DNA of 64,000 nucleotides from an uncultured Gemmatimonadales bacterium (lineage in GTDB: Bacteria > Gemmatimonadota > Gemmatimonadetes > Gemmatimonadales > GWC2-71-9), in contig CAVZZO010000001.1 in assembly GCA_963779755.1 (NCBI GenBank), positions 1,536,001 to 1,600,000 on the forward strand, written 5' to 3'. Below, piece after piece: positions 48,001 to 57,348 of the stretch. The notes beneath the pieces are model-generated. The model made no database searches, had not been told where the DNA came from, and saw nothing but the letters and a program-made list of their open reading frames with translations. A program made the translations under genes and the position numbers. Each line of letters begins with the position of its first letter. Position 1 is the first letter of the stretch.

Positions 48001-48870
48001 ACCGCCAGCGTGCCGGCCGGGGCCGCCGGTTCCGCGACCGCGGTCACCGTGACCGCGAAAGACGCGTTCGACAATCCGCTCACTACGGGCGGGGCGACCG
48101 TGGGGGTCGCCGTGAGCGGCGCCAACATCGCCACGCCGGCGGTGAACGACAACGGCGACGGTACCTACGGCGCGAGCTATACCCCGACGAAGTCCGGCAC
48201 GGATAACGTCGCGATTACGCTGAACGGCTCCGCCATTTCCGGCAGCCCTTACAGCAGCGCGGTGAGCGCCGGTCCGCCGGTCGCTTCCACCAGCACCGGC
48301 AATGTCCCGTCGTCCGTGACGGCGGGGAACGCGTCGATCGTGACCGTCACTTCGCGGGATGTCTACGGCAATCTTGAGACCACCGGCGGGGCGACCGTCG
48401 TGGTCACGGTCAGCGGGGCCAACAGCGCCGCGCCGGCGGTCACGGACAACGGCGACGGCACCTACAGCGCCAGCTACACTCCCACGGTGAGCGGGACCGA
48501 CACAGTGGCCATCGCCCTCAACGGCGGCAGCATCAGCGGCAGCCCCTTCAGCACCACGATCAACCCCGGCCCGCTCGATCCCGCATCGTCCACCGCGTCG
48601 GTCCCCTCCAGCGGCACCCATGGTGTACCCGTGATCATCACCATCCAGGAGAAGGACCAGTTCGGAAACGATCTGGCCGTCGGGACCGGGACGGTGACGG
48701 TAACGGTGACGGAATCCGATGCCAGCACCATCAACGCGACCGTGTCCCCGCTGGCCAACGGGGGATATACCGCCAACTATACGCCGCTCGTCACCGGAGC
48801 CGACAGCGTGGCGATCACCATCAACGGGGTTCACATCACGGGATCTCCGTTCGCGATCACCATCAACTGA
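45082..48870 (+). CDS. Large Ig-like repeat lipoprotein (invasin/Big_1-like plus filamin-like repeats); start may be 45019 or 45067
   Basis: AATC lipobox; about 100-aa repeats (TQPS..V...D..GN...GVATF); DNGDGTY.ASYTP repeats. Confidence 0.88.
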   Translation: MSRRFPLRLPDFLLLALAAVGAATCGGDGVTTPQEGQPAAIALVSSASLSGTVGQSLADSVIVRVTDSKGRPVQDQAVAFAVTSGGSSAMLQPDTVMTGSDGQAATRWTLGLLAGIQTAEARVVGFPALKAGFSAQAAPNPASRLALTTQPPGAAQSGAALDPAPVVQLEDDNGNPVAHAGQDVTVSLIGAGTLSGPTSITSDAAGQAMFSGLAINGRPATYRLAFSAAGLVPDTSTTITLLSGTATTLAFIGQPSNATAGVGITPDIRVEIQDNAGNPVSSTATVHLALGNNPGGDPMATVSVAAVGGVATFSGVTLQKAGSGYTLVASSTGLASATSTPFDVTAAAAAALTFTQQPSNVVAASAITPAVRVTLLDPFGNVATGSSAAVTMAIGTNPAGGVLSGTTSVNASSGVATFTNLKIDKPGTGYTLVAGSSGLASVTSTPFDVQVGTGNKVAFGVQPSNTTAGNVISPAVTVQVQDAAGNLDPTATNQVTVFLGQNPGNGHLSGTLQKNAVNGVATFSNLGIDSAGTGYTLSAAATGLVSAESNRFNILTGPPATIGIVTQPSSTVQNGVPFPTPPSVVVRDQSGNAVSGQVVTASLASGSGISLFGASATTNSSGVATFGGISASGTAGTFSLHFQAGSAVSAATGSITLTAGAPASVSITQQPVDTATSGVVFPQQPAVVVKDGAGNPVAGQSVTASIASGSGTLSGTLTLTTSSAGTAAWSNLAITGAGNYTLQFTAGSAVSPQSSTIVVIGVPASVTITTQPSSTVQVGVVFPTVPQVRVQDALGKNIKNQAVALAVASGGALTITQGTAVTGPNGIAVFTGLSVVGLAGTRTFQFTAGGVTSAPSAPVSVTAGAPSSVVVTTQPSAAVQAGVPFPVQPAVTVTDVGTNPVPSQTVTAAIASGAGTLAGALTATTNSSGVATFSSLEIDGATGTRTLSFTAGSANATSAGISVGPGLASASHTTASVPAGAAGSATAVTVTAKDAFDNPLTTGGATVGVAVSGANIATPAVNDNGDGTYGASYTPTKSGTDNVAITLNGSAISGSPYSSAVSAGPPVASTSTGNVPSSVTAGNASIVTVTSRDVYGNLETTGGATVVVTVSGANSAAPAVTDNGDGTYSASYTPTVSGTDTVAIALNGGSISGSPFSTTINPGPLDPASSTASVPSSGTHGVPVIITIQEKDQFGNDLAVGTGTVTVTVTESDASTINATVSPLANGGYTANYTPLVTGADSVAITINGVHITGSPFAITIN

Positions 48871-49023
48871 GCGATCGCCGCCGGGGTTCCGGCGGGGGCC
48901 GGGGCCCTTTCCGCCGCCGCGCCGGCCCTCCCGCCACAGGTGACGCAGGTCATATCCCGGTCCGGCTCTCGGGGCTACGGTGTCAGGGTTCGCCAGACGG
49001 AATCCTCCTACCGTCGCAGCGTT

Positions 49024-50970
49024 ATGGCCCCACGAACGCTCCATAATCCACCCCCGAGAAAGAGATCCTGGGCTCTGCTCCTGGGGGCTGCGGCTCTGGT
49101 AACGGGCTGCGCCAGCGACCAGCTGGTGCTCCCCTCCGACGGGGGGCCGGCCGCCATTCAGGTCGTCCAGGGCGACGGGCAAGCGGCCCCCGTCGGCAGC
49201 ATGCTGCGCGATAGTCTGGTGGTGGAGTTGTCCGACGGGATGGACCGGCCGGTGCAGGGTGGCCTTGTGGCCTTCCTGCCGGTGGGCAGTGACGCAGGAA
49301 CTACCGCGCCCGACACGGCGGTCACCGACGCGTTGGGCCGCGCGGCTTCCCGCTGGAAGCTGGGTTCGCAGGCAGGTGCCCAGGAAGTGGAAGCCCGGGT
49401 GGTCACCGGCGGCGAGAGCGGCCTGGTGGCCAGTTTCAAGGCCACCGCTCAGCCGGGCGCGGCAACCACGCTCCAGAAGGTGCGCGGCGACAGTCAGTTC
49501 GGCCAGACGGCTACCCGGCTGCCCGATTCTCTCGTAGTACGGGCCACCGATGATTTCGGCAACCCGGTGGCCGGTGTGCAGGTTTCCTGGCAGCCGAGCG
49601 GCGGCAGCATCAGTCCGGCACAGGGTGTTACCGGCACCGACGGGAAGGCGGCTGCTTCCTGGACCCTGGGACTGATTCCCGGGACGCAGGTGGCCGCGGC
49701 CAGCGCGAGCGGCCTGTCCGGTAGTCCGATCACCTTCCATGCGGCTGCGCAGGTAGGTCCGCAACCGACCCTGGCGGTCGCCACGCAGCCCGCTCCCACC
49801 GCTTCCAGCGGCCAACCCCTGAGCACCCAGCCGGTGGTGCAGCTCAAGCTTCCCAGTGGCGGCAGTCTGCTGCAGTCCGGGGTTCCGGTAACCGCCGCGA
49901 TCGCCAGCGGTAGCGGCCTGTTGGGGGGGAATTCGGTTGCGACCACCGACAAGCAGGGCCAGGCCCGGTTTACCAATCTCTCCATCACCGGTCTGTCGGG
50001 CAACTATTCTCTGATCTTCGCCTCGGCCGGATTTCTTGCCGTCATCAGTGATCCCATCGCCCTCACGGGTGGCCTGCCGAGCGGCAGGCGCTCATCGCTC
50101 CAGGTGACGCCCAGCTCGATTGCGGCGGGGAACGGCACGGCGACCGTCACTGCCGTGGTGCGAGACGACTCCAACACCCCGATTACGGGTGCTTCCGTCC
50201 TGCTGACGGCGAGCGGCTCCGGTAACTCGCTGGTGCAGCCCGGGGTCACCGACCCGCAGGGGAAGGCCACCGGAACTTTCAGCTCCACAGTGGCTGGAAG
50301 CCATACCATCAGTGCCAAGGCCGACGGGGTGGATATCAATCAGACCGTCACCGTGACCGTCCAGCCGGGCAGCGCGGAGGGCGGGCACAGCACTGCCGTA
50401 GTACCGGATGGTCAGCAGGGATCGGCCACAGTCATCACGATCACGACCCGGGATCAGTACGGGAATCAGCTCACCACGGGTGGCGCCACGGTGGTGGTAA
50501 GGGTGACTGGGGCGAACAGCACCTCGCCCTCCGTCTCCGACAGGCACGACGGCAGCTACACCGCGTCCTACACGCCGCAGGCGGCGGGCACCGATCTGGT
50601 CGAGGTGCAGGTGAACGGGACGCCCGTGCCGGGGAGCCCCTTCACCAGCACCGTCGCGCAGAGCGCCAGCGGACCGGACCCGGCGCACACCACGGCCAGC
50701 ATTCCCGGCAACGTGAAGGTGTTGCATCAGGTCAAGGTCGTGATCACCACGGCGGATGCGACGGGCAAGAGGCTTACCAGCGGCGGGTATGCCGCCGATC
50801 TGGACGTCCGGGTGAGCGGGGCCAACAGCGGGCACCCGCAGATTCTTGACCGGGGGGATGGCACGTACGAGGCGAGCTACTTGCCGCTCTTCAAGGGAAC
50901 GGACACGATCGCGATCACGTTCCAGGGAACGCCCATCAGCGGAAGCCCGTATCAGATCCAGATCAAATAG
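49024..50970 (+). CDS. Second Ig-like repeat lipoprotein
   Basis: LVTGC lipobox; GDGQ...DSLVV Big_1-like units and filamin-like DGSY/DGTY units. Confidence 0.88.
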   Translation: MAPRTLHNPPPRKRSWALLLGAAALVTGCASDQLVLPSDGGPAAIQVVQGDGQAAPVGSMLRDSLVVELSDGMDRPVQGGLVAFLPVGSDAGTTAPDTAVTDALGRAASRWKLGSQAGAQEVEARVVTGGESGLVASFKATAQPGAATTLQKVRGDSQFGQTATRLPDSLVVRATDDFGNPVAGVQVSWQPSGGSISPAQGVTGTDGKAAASWTLGLIPGTQVAAASASGLSGSPITFHAAAQVGPQPTLAVATQPAPTASSGQPLSTQPVVQLKLPSGGSLLQSGVPVTAAIASGSGLLGGNSVATTDKQGQARFTNLSITGLSGNYSLIFASAGFLAVISDPIALTGGLPSGRRSSLQVTPSSIAAGNGTATVTAVVRDDSNTPITGASVLLTASGSGNSLVQPGVTDPQGKATGTFSSTVAGSHTISAKADGVDINQTVTVTVQPGSAEGGHSTAVVPDGQQGSATVITITTRDQYGNQLTTGGATVVVRVTGANSTSPSVSDRHDGSYTASYTPQAAGTDLVEVQVNGTPVPGSPFTSTVAQSASGPDPAHTTASIPGNVKVLHQVKVVITTADATGKRLTSGGYAADLDVRVSGANSGHPQILDRGDGTYEASYLPLFKGTDTIAITFQGTPISGSPYQIQIK

Positions 50971-50979
50971 GGGGAGGCC

Positions 50980-51294
50980 TCAGGAATCGGGGCGGGCCCG
51001 GCCCTGGCCCGGCCCGATCGCCTCCTTGACCAGCAGGATCGCGTGATCGAGCGGGTCCACGCAATGGACCAGCTCCGGCGTGCATCGCTCGCGCAGGCGG
51101 GCAAGCGTGCTGGCCAACTCCTCCAGCCGCAGCGTCTCGATCCCTTCCATGAGCCGGGCATGGAGCGTGCGCACCTCACCCCGCAGTGCCTGGGCTCCGG
51201 CCTGCCGGGTTTCGATCAGGTGCTGCATCCTGGGATCGCTGTCGATGGCGTCCAGCAGGCGGGCGATGCGGTCGGCGAGGAGCTTGCCTAGCAT
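50980..51294 (-). CDS. Small hypothetical helical protein
   Basis: ATG-initiated amphipathic 104-aa ORF filling the gap after tRNA-Thr; no motif recognised. Confidence 0.5.
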   Translation of the reverse strand: MLGKLLADRIARLLDAIDSDPRMQHLIETRQAGAQALRGEVRTLHARLMEGIETLRLEELASTLARLRERCTPELVHCVDPLDHAILLVKEAIGPGQGRARPDS

Positions 51295-51325
51295 GAGGTG
51301 CGGGGCCGGGAGGCCGCCTTCAGAG

Positions 51326-51397
51326 AGCCAGCGGTCGGGATTGAACCGACGACCGCCCGATTACGAATCGGGTGCTCTACCACTGAGCTACGCTGGC
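51326..51397 (-). tRNA. tRNA-Thr(CGT)
   Basis: Reverse-complement cloverleaf; anticodon arm CCCGA-TTCGTAA-TCGGG. Confidence 0.95.
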
Positions 51398-51492
51398 GAA
51401 TCCGCGCGACGCGGAGATGGTGCAGCACGATAGCCTGCGGAACCTCCCGGAACGAGCAGGGGCCGAGAAGCCTTCCTCTCGACCCCGTCCAG

Positions 51493-51574
51493 TGCCCTGG
51501 CGCGGATTCGAACCGCGACGCCTTTCGGCACTACCCCCTCAAGATAGCGTGTCTACCAATTTCACCACCAGGGC
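51493..51574 (-). tRNA. tRNA-Leu(GAG)
   Basis: Anticodon arm CTATC-TTGAGGG-GGTAG; long variable arm GCCGAAAGGC. Confidence 0.95.
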
Positions 51575-51626
51575 GAGGGGCGGGGAAATTAAGACGCCGC
51601 GCCCCGGGAAAGCAAGCAGATCCCGA

Positions 51627-53585
51627 TCAGCCCTCCCGGCCACCGGCCAGGTCGCTCGCGGCGGTCGCGGCAACGGCGCCACCCCGCTGGTCCAGGGGCG
51701 AGCCGCTGGCCCAGCGCCGCAGCGCCGGGACGGCGGGGATCGCCAGCCCGTGGGCTTCCAGCAGGCGCAGGGCGTCGGGCCCGTCGATGGTCTCGTGTTC
51801 CAGCAGCGCTCCCGCCAGGGCATCCAGGGCCGCCCGATGGCTGGTGAGCACGTCCTTCACCCGGGCGTAGAGCCGTTCGATCAGGCTGCGCACGTCGGCG
51901 TCCATGGAGCGATGGGTCTCGGCGCTGGGAGGGCCGGCCTGCTCGTCGTAGACCACGAGGCCGGTGCTCTCGCCCATGCCCAGATGATAGACCATCTCCC
52001 GCGCTACCCGGGTGACGTGCTGCAGGTCGCTCCGCGCGCCGCTGGTGATGGCCTCATGACCGAAGACGATCTCTTCCGCGGCCCGGCCCCCCAGTCCCTT
52101 GAGGATCTGGCCCTCGAGATAGCGGCGCGAGTGCAGGTGCCGGTCGTCGTCCGGGGCGAAGAACGCGACCCCCATCGCCTGGCCTCGCGGCTGGATGGTC
52201 ACCTTGTGCAGCCCGTCCTCCGGACAGCAGAGGACTCCGGCGATGGCATGGCCGGCTTCGTGCCACGCCACCGTATTCCATTCGACATCGCTGGCTTCGA
52301 ACCCGCTGCGCTCCTTGCCCAGCAGCATCCGGTCGCGCGCCTGCTCCAGATGGGGCCACTCGACGGTGGGGCTGGCATCGCGCGCCGCCGCGATGGCCGC
52401 CTCATTCACCAGGTTGGCGAGGTCGGCGCCGCTCGACTGCGGCATCAGCCGGGCCAGCCGGCCCAGATCGACCTGCGCGCCCAGGGGAATCGCGCGCCGC
52501 TCCACGTGCAGCCGCAGGATCGCCTCGCGCTCGGGGCCGGTCGGCAGGGCCACCGTGACGCTGCGATCGAACCGGCCGGGCCGGAGCAGCGCCGGATCGA
52601 GAGTGTCCGGCCGATTGGTGGCGGCGATGACCACGACCCCGTCCATGGGCGAGAAACCGTCCAACTCCACCAGCAGCTGGTTCAGGGTCCGGTCGTCCTC
52701 GTTATGCGACTGGTTGCGGCCGCGGCGGCCGCCCAGGGCGTCGATCTCATCGATGAAGATGACCCCGCCGTGCCGGCGCGCCTTGCGGAAGAGCGACTTG
52801 ATCCGCATGACGCCGAGCCCCACCACGAAGCCGGTGATTTCGGAGCCGGAGATGCTCCAGAACGGCACCCCCGCCTCGCCCGCCACGGCGCGCGCCATCA
52901 GCGTCTTGCCCGTGCCCGGTGCCCCGAAGAGCAGGACGCCCTTGGGTGTCCGCGCGCCCAGCCGGCGAAAACGCTCGGGAGCGCGGAGGAACTCGATGAC
53001 CTCGCGCAACTCGGCGGTGGCGCCGGTATTGCCCGCCACGTCGGCGAAAGTGGTGCTGCTTCCCGTCCGGCGGCCGACCTGCCCCCCGTTGGAGTTCCGG
53101 AGGTACCGGAAGGCCACCAGGCCCAGCGCGGCGATCAGCAGGATGTTGAGTGCCAGATTGAAGGAGAGCTCGGGCGCACCGGCATGGGGCGATTCGAACC
53201 GTACCGGGACTCCGGCGTCCTCCGCTTTCTGGACAATGCCGTCCACCGAGGTGGTCGGGAACTCGGCCCGCTCGCTGGCCGCCCCGACGGCCGCTGTGGT
53301 CCAGCCGATCACCTCGCGTCCCGGGACGATGGTCAGGGAGTCGAGCTGGTGCGCCGCCAGATGCGCCAGCACCGCCGAGTACGCCACCGTGGGCGTCGGC
53401 AGCGGGGCGACCCAGTGTCGCTTGAGCTGCACGCCCGCCGCCAGCGCCAGCATCGCGGCGCCCGCCACCATGAGGCCGGGCGCCAGGAGGCGGCGCCCGG
53501 TGCGGCGGGTGCTCCAGAACCGGGTGGTGGAGGGCCCCTTCGAGGTACGGGCCACTTCGGGCGAGGTGGTTGTTCGGTCAGTCAC
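51627..53585 (-). CDS. FtsH-family ATP-dependent zinc metalloprotease (paralogue)
   Basis: Two TM segments, FADVAG, GAPGTGKT, IFIDEID, ALLRPGRFDR and HEAGH motifs. Confidence 0.93.
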   Translation of the reverse strand: MTDRTTTSPEVARTSKGPSTTRFWSTRRTGRRLLAPGLMVAGAAMLALAAGVQLKRHWVAPLPTPTVAYSAVLAHLAAHQLDSLTIVPGREVIGWTTAAVGAASERAEFPTTSVDGIVQKAEDAGVPVRFESPHAGAPELSFNLALNILLIAALGLVAFRYLRNSNGGQVGRRTGSSTTFADVAGNTGATAELREVIEFLRAPERFRRLGARTPKGVLLFGAPGTGKTLMARAVAGEAGVPFWSISGSEITGFVVGLGVMRIKSLFRKARRHGGVIFIDEIDALGGRRGRNQSHNEDDRTLNQLLVELDGFSPMDGVVVIAATNRPDTLDPALLRPGRFDRSVTVALPTGPEREAILRLHVERRAIPLGAQVDLGRLARLMPQSSGADLANLVNEAAIAAARDASPTVEWPHLEQARDRMLLGKERSGFEASDVEWNTVAWHEAGHAIAGVLCCPEDGLHKVTIQPRGQAMGVAFFAPDDDRHLHSRRYLEGQILKGLGGRAAEEIVFGHEAITSGARSDLQHVTRVAREMVYHLGMGESTGLVVYDEQAGPPSAETHRSMDADVRSLIERLYARVKDVLTSHRAALDALAGALLEHETIDGPDALRLLEAHGLAIPAVPALRRWASGSPLDQRGGAVAATAASDLAGGREG

Positions 53586-53766
53586 TGAGCAAATCTCCCG
53601 CGCACTGGAAGCACGGTGGCTTGGTCCTGGATACTGCGGAAGGAGATCCGGCACGCGGAAACTCTCCCGACTGTGGCATCGGGGTCAGGAGTTCGCGTTT
53701 CGCATGATTGAACCGATGACTCGGCCCTGCAGCGGCAGGCGGAATCCCAACTCCGCCTTGAAAGGT

Positions 53767-53782
53767 AGCAAATCATGTGCCC
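53767..53782 (-). promoter_or_regulatory. Candidate sigma54 promoter for the FtsH paralogue
   Basis: The minus strand reads GGGCACATGATTTGCT (GG-N10-GC, TTGCT). Confidence 0.55.
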
Positions 53783-53796
53783 TGCGTCACATCCTG

Positions 53797-55761
53797 CTAC
53801 GACCGCAGCAGCGTCTCGCCGAAGTAGCCGGGCGGAATGGTGCCCATCCCCATGAATGCTTCGTGGAAGTGCTTGAGCCAGTCTTTCGCGGGCGCGGCGC
53901 CGGCGCTGGGCGCGTGCTGCTCCCGATACGCAGCCCGGAGGCTCATGATCTCGTTCTTGCCCAGGTTGTAGGTGATCGCCTGGGTGGGCCACTTGCTGTA
54001 GCGGTAGATGGCGCGCCGGGCGCTGTCGCAGATGGCGCGGGCAGTATCGTCCTCCGGGGCGGCGCTGCAGGCCTGGGGATAGAACGACACATGCTCGGTG
54101 AAGTAGTCCAGCGCCTGCTGGTAGCTCATGCGCCCGGTGTGGAGCCCCACGTCCACCCGCACCCGGACGGCTCGCAGCAGCTGCCCCTGGAGCTCGTAGA
54201 AGTGCTCCGCGGGGGTATAGAACCCGTGCGGCCGTCCGGATACCGGCTCGGCCATCAGCTCCTCGGCGTAGAGGGCCCAGCCTTCGGCCGCCATGGAGTC
54301 CTCCCACATGGACGAGGAGTCTTCCACCGACCCCGGGGTCAGCCAGCGAATGTTGGAGATTTCGCCGGCGTGCTGCGTCATGTACTTGTAGTGCCAGTCG
54401 TGCCCGGGAAAGCCCTCATGCACCGCCGTATCCGCCACCGAGGCGCGGTTGTTGAGCCGCAGGGCGGCGGGGTCGTTGTCGGTGGGCGTGAGATAGAACC
54501 GCCCTACCCCGGAGTGCTTGAACGGCGGAGCGGGGTAGTAGGCAGCGTCGATGGTGCTCCGCAGCACCGGCGGCGTCGGGACGATCTCCAGCCGGTAGTC
54601 GGCGGGAATGTCGAACATGCGCTGCTCCCGTCCGTAGGCCACGGCGCGGTCGGCCGCTTCCCGGTACCAGCGGAACAGCTCCGCATCGTTCCGGGGCGAG
54701 TCCCTGGCCAGGAAGTCCATGACCGCCCGCGCCCCGCTGCGGCGCACGGCGTCCGACCTGAAATCGAGGCCCAGTTGCGCCTCGCGGGCCACCTGCTGGG
54801 CCACATCGAACAGCCGCGATTCGTAGAGCGCCACCTGCTCGGCGCCGTAGTCCCAGAGCTGCTGCGGCGTGCGGTCCACCTGGAGGCAGTGCTGCACCCG
54901 CCAGGCGTATTCTTCCTCCCCGATGGCGTAGCGGTCGGCTGCCTCGTTGGCGTCGTAGGTCTGCTCCAGGAACCCGGCAAAACCCTGGAAGGCGTCGGCC
55001 GCGCCGGCTCCGGCCTCGGCCAGTCGCGACAGCGTCTTGTTCGCGAAGGGGCGCGCCCCCAGGTAGCCCTTCGCCGTGGCCGGCAAGGTGGTGCGAAAGT
55101 AGTCGGCATTGGCCTGGCTGCCGGCGATGCCGTCGCGCCGCACCATCCGCCGGTCGGGCAGGTTGCCGTTGGCCTTGCCCGCCAGCAGGTTGGCGCGCGC
55201 GCTGGCGAGAAAAGCCGGGACCGCCTCCAGCCGGCTGATCACCAGGTTCCATTCGTCCAGGCTGCCCCGGTCTGCTCCCTCGAACGCTTGCATCTGCTGG
55301 ATCTGCCAGTCGACGCCGCGGAACGGTTCGGCCACGTAGGTGTCCACCGCCCGCTCCTGCTGGCCCCGGGCAAACTGATGCAGCAGGAACTCCAGCTGCG
55401 CCGTCATCACGGCGTGGTCGATCTGGGCGGTCAGGTTGAGCCGGGTGGGGTCGAACGTGTCCAGCTGGTCGCGGTAGGTGCGATAGAGCCGGGCCTCGGC
55501 GGCCAGGCCCGGCTGGCTGTAGTCGCGCAGCCGGCCGTTGATGTCCCGCAGGGAGGGATCGTACCCGTCGCCGCCCAGATAGGTGGCGATGACCGGATTG
55601 TATTCCAGCGTGCGGAGGAAGTATTCGTCCCGCAGGCTCACGAAGGTGGCGTCGTTGCCGGTGGCGCCGGAGTGCGCGCCGCGGCAGGCGCCCAGGTAGC
55701 GGAGCACCCCGAACGACATGCCGATCTGGGAGGTCCGGAGCAGGAAGGTACGCCGGTGCAT
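53797..55761 (-). CDS. DUF885-family protein (Tat/lipoprotein signal)
   Basis: MHRRTFL..LGAC; HEGFPGH, EGWALYAE, RVRVDVGLH and PTQAITY motifs. Confidence 0.9.
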   Translation of the reverse strand: MHRRTFLLRTSQIGMSFGVLRYLGACRGAHSGATGNDATFVSLRDEYFLRTLEYNPVIATYLGGDGYDPSLRDINGRLRDYSQPGLAAEARLYRTYRDQLDTFDPTRLNLTAQIDHAVMTAQLEFLLHQFARGQQERAVDTYVAEPFRGVDWQIQQMQAFEGADRGSLDEWNLVISRLEAVPAFLASARANLLAGKANGNLPDRRMVRRDGIAGSQANADYFRTTLPATAKGYLGARPFANKTLSRLAEAGAGAADAFQGFAGFLEQTYDANEAADRYAIGEEEYAWRVQHCLQVDRTPQQLWDYGAEQVALYESRLFDVAQQVAREAQLGLDFRSDAVRRSGARAVMDFLARDSPRNDAELFRWYREAADRAVAYGREQRMFDIPADYRLEIVPTPPVLRSTIDAAYYPAPPFKHSGVGRFYLTPTDNDPAALRLNNRASVADTAVHEGFPGHDWHYKYMTQHAGEISNIRWLTPGSVEDSSSMWEDSMAAEGWALYAEELMAEPVSGRPHGFYTPAEHFYELQGQLLRAVRVRVDVGLHTGRMSYQQALDYFTEHVSFYPQACSAAPEDDTARAICDSARRAIYRYSKWPTQAITYNLGKNEIMSLRAAYREQHAPSAGAAPAKDWLKHFHEAFMGMGTIPPGYFGETLLRS

Positions 55762-55802
55762 GGGGACTCGTGGGCTGGAGACCCAGAGAAGATAGAATGG
55801 AA

Positions 55803-55899
55803 TGGGCAGAGTGGGCAGAGTGGGCAGAGGCAGTGGGACCGTCGGCATTCCGGGCCTCAGCGAGGCGCCTCGCTCCGCCCACTCGGCCCACTCGGCCCG
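55803..55899. repeat. Inverted nonamer arrays (TGGGCAGAG)3 / (CTC[CG]GCCC[AG])3
   Basis: Read directly; a degenerate copy lies at about 44849-44893. Confidence 0.85.
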
Positions 55900-55916
55900 T
55901 TCTCATATCTTTCGTC

Positions 55917-57338
55917 ATGCGCAACTCTCCCCTCGATTACGATCTCGCCGAAATGCGCCGCATGGCGGAGCAGGTGACGGCGATGGTGACCGAACATCTG
56001 GCCTCACTGCGGGAGCAGCCGGCGTTCGCCGGCCTGGGCCGGCCGGAGGCGGAGCGGCTCATCGCCGGGCCGGCGCCGGAGGCGGGCCGGCCGTTCGAAG
56101 AGTCGCTGGCGTTCCTGCGGGAACGGGTGTTCGCCTGGTCGGCTCGCGAGCCGCATCCCGGGTTTCTGGCCTATGTGCCCAGTTGCCCCACCTTTCCCGC
56201 CGTCATGGGCGACTGGCTCACCGCCGGCTACAACTGCTTCGGGGGGGCGTGGCAGGTCGGCGCCGGGCCGAGCCAGGTGGAGCTGGTGGTGCTGGACTGG
56301 TTTCGCCGCTGGATTGGCCTGCCGGAGGGAGCGGGAGGGCTGCTCACCTCCGGCGGATCTCTGGCGACCCTGACCGCCCTGGTGGCCGCACGGCATGCGG
56401 CCGTGGGCGACCGGCCGGAGCGGCTGCCGTTCCTGGTGGTTTATACCAGCAATCAGGCGCATTCCAGCGTCGCGCGGGCGGCGTGGATCGCCGGTATTCC
56501 CCGGAACCAGGTGCGCTCGCTGCCGGTGGACGGCGAGTACCGGCTCCGGCTGGACGCGCTGGAGGAGGCCATCCGCGCCGATCGGGCGAACGGTCTGACG
56601 CCCTTTCTGGTGGTGGCGAGCGCGGGGACCACCAATACCGGCTCGGTCGACCCCCTGGAGGCGATCGCCGCGCTGTGCCGGCGGGAGTCGCTCTGGTTCC
56701 ATGTGGATGCCGCCTACGGCGGATTCGCCGTCCTGACCGACCGGGGCCGCGCGGCGCTGCGGGGGCTGGCGCAGGCCGACAGCGTGGGACTCGATCCGCA
56801 CAAGTGGCTCTTCGTGCCCTTCGAGTGCGGCTGCCTGCTGGTGCGGGAGCCGCGGCGGCTGCGCGAGGCCTTTCTCATTTTTCCAGAGTACCTGCGGGAC
56901 AATGAGGGGCAGGAGTCGGAGGTGAACTTCGCCGACTACGGCCCCCAGCTCACCCGGACGACGCGCGCGCTCAAGGTGTGGCTTTCAGTGCAGACGGTGG
57001 GGCTCGCCGCCATCCGGTCGGCCATCGACGGCGCCATGAACCTGGCGCTCCTCCTGGAACGGCGGCTGCGTAAGGCGCCCGGTTTCGAGATCCTTTCGCC
57101 CGCCCGGCTCGGCGTCTGCTGCTTCCGGGCGTCGGGGGCCGGCGTTCCCGCCGCCCAACTGGACGCCCTCAACGAGCGGCTCAACCGCCGGCTGCGCGAA
57201 GGGGGGCGATTCTTCCTGTCCTCCACCCGGTTGCAGGGATGCTACGCGCTACGGGCGTGCTTTCTGGGATTCCGGACGACGGATGAGGATGTGGAGGCGC
57301 TGGTGCGGGAACTGACAGGACTGAGAGAAAAGGACTGA
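55917..57338 (+). CDS. PLP-dependent group II (aromatic amino acid/glutamate-type) decarboxylase
   Basis: SGGS, AHSS, AGTTNTG.VD, HVDAAYGG and DPHKW (PLP lysine) motifs. Confidence 0.93.
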   Translation: MRNSPLDYDLAEMRRMAEQVTAMVTEHLASLREQPAFAGLGRPEAERLIAGPAPEAGRPFEESLAFLRERVFAWSAREPHPGFLAYVPSCPTFPAVMGDWLTAGYNCFGGAWQVGAGPSQVELVVLDWFRRWIGLPEGAGGLLTSGGSLATLTALVAARHAAVGDRPERLPFLVVYTSNQAHSSVARAAWIAGIPRNQVRSLPVDGEYRLRLDALEEAIRADRANGLTPFLVVASAGTTNTGSVDPLEAIAALCRRESLWFHVDAAYGGFAVLTDRGRAALRGLAQADSVGLDPHKWLFVPFECGCLLVREPRRLREAFLIFPEYLRDNEGQESEVNFADYGPQLTRTTRALKVWLSVQTVGLAAIRSAIDGAMNLALLLERRLRKAPGFEILSPARLGVCCFRASGAGVPAAQLDALNERLNRRLREGGRFFLSSTRLQGCYALRACFLGFRTTDEDVEALVRELTGLREKD

Positions 57339-57348
57339 GAGAAAGGTA

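Noticed and set aside
52195..55977. 1260-aa plus-strand ORF and many other long antisense or alternative-frame ORFs (for example 912-2498, 4573-6357, 16643-19288, 60262-62520)
   Set aside because: These are shadow ORFs of well-supported genes, expected from high GC; they show no recognisable motifs.
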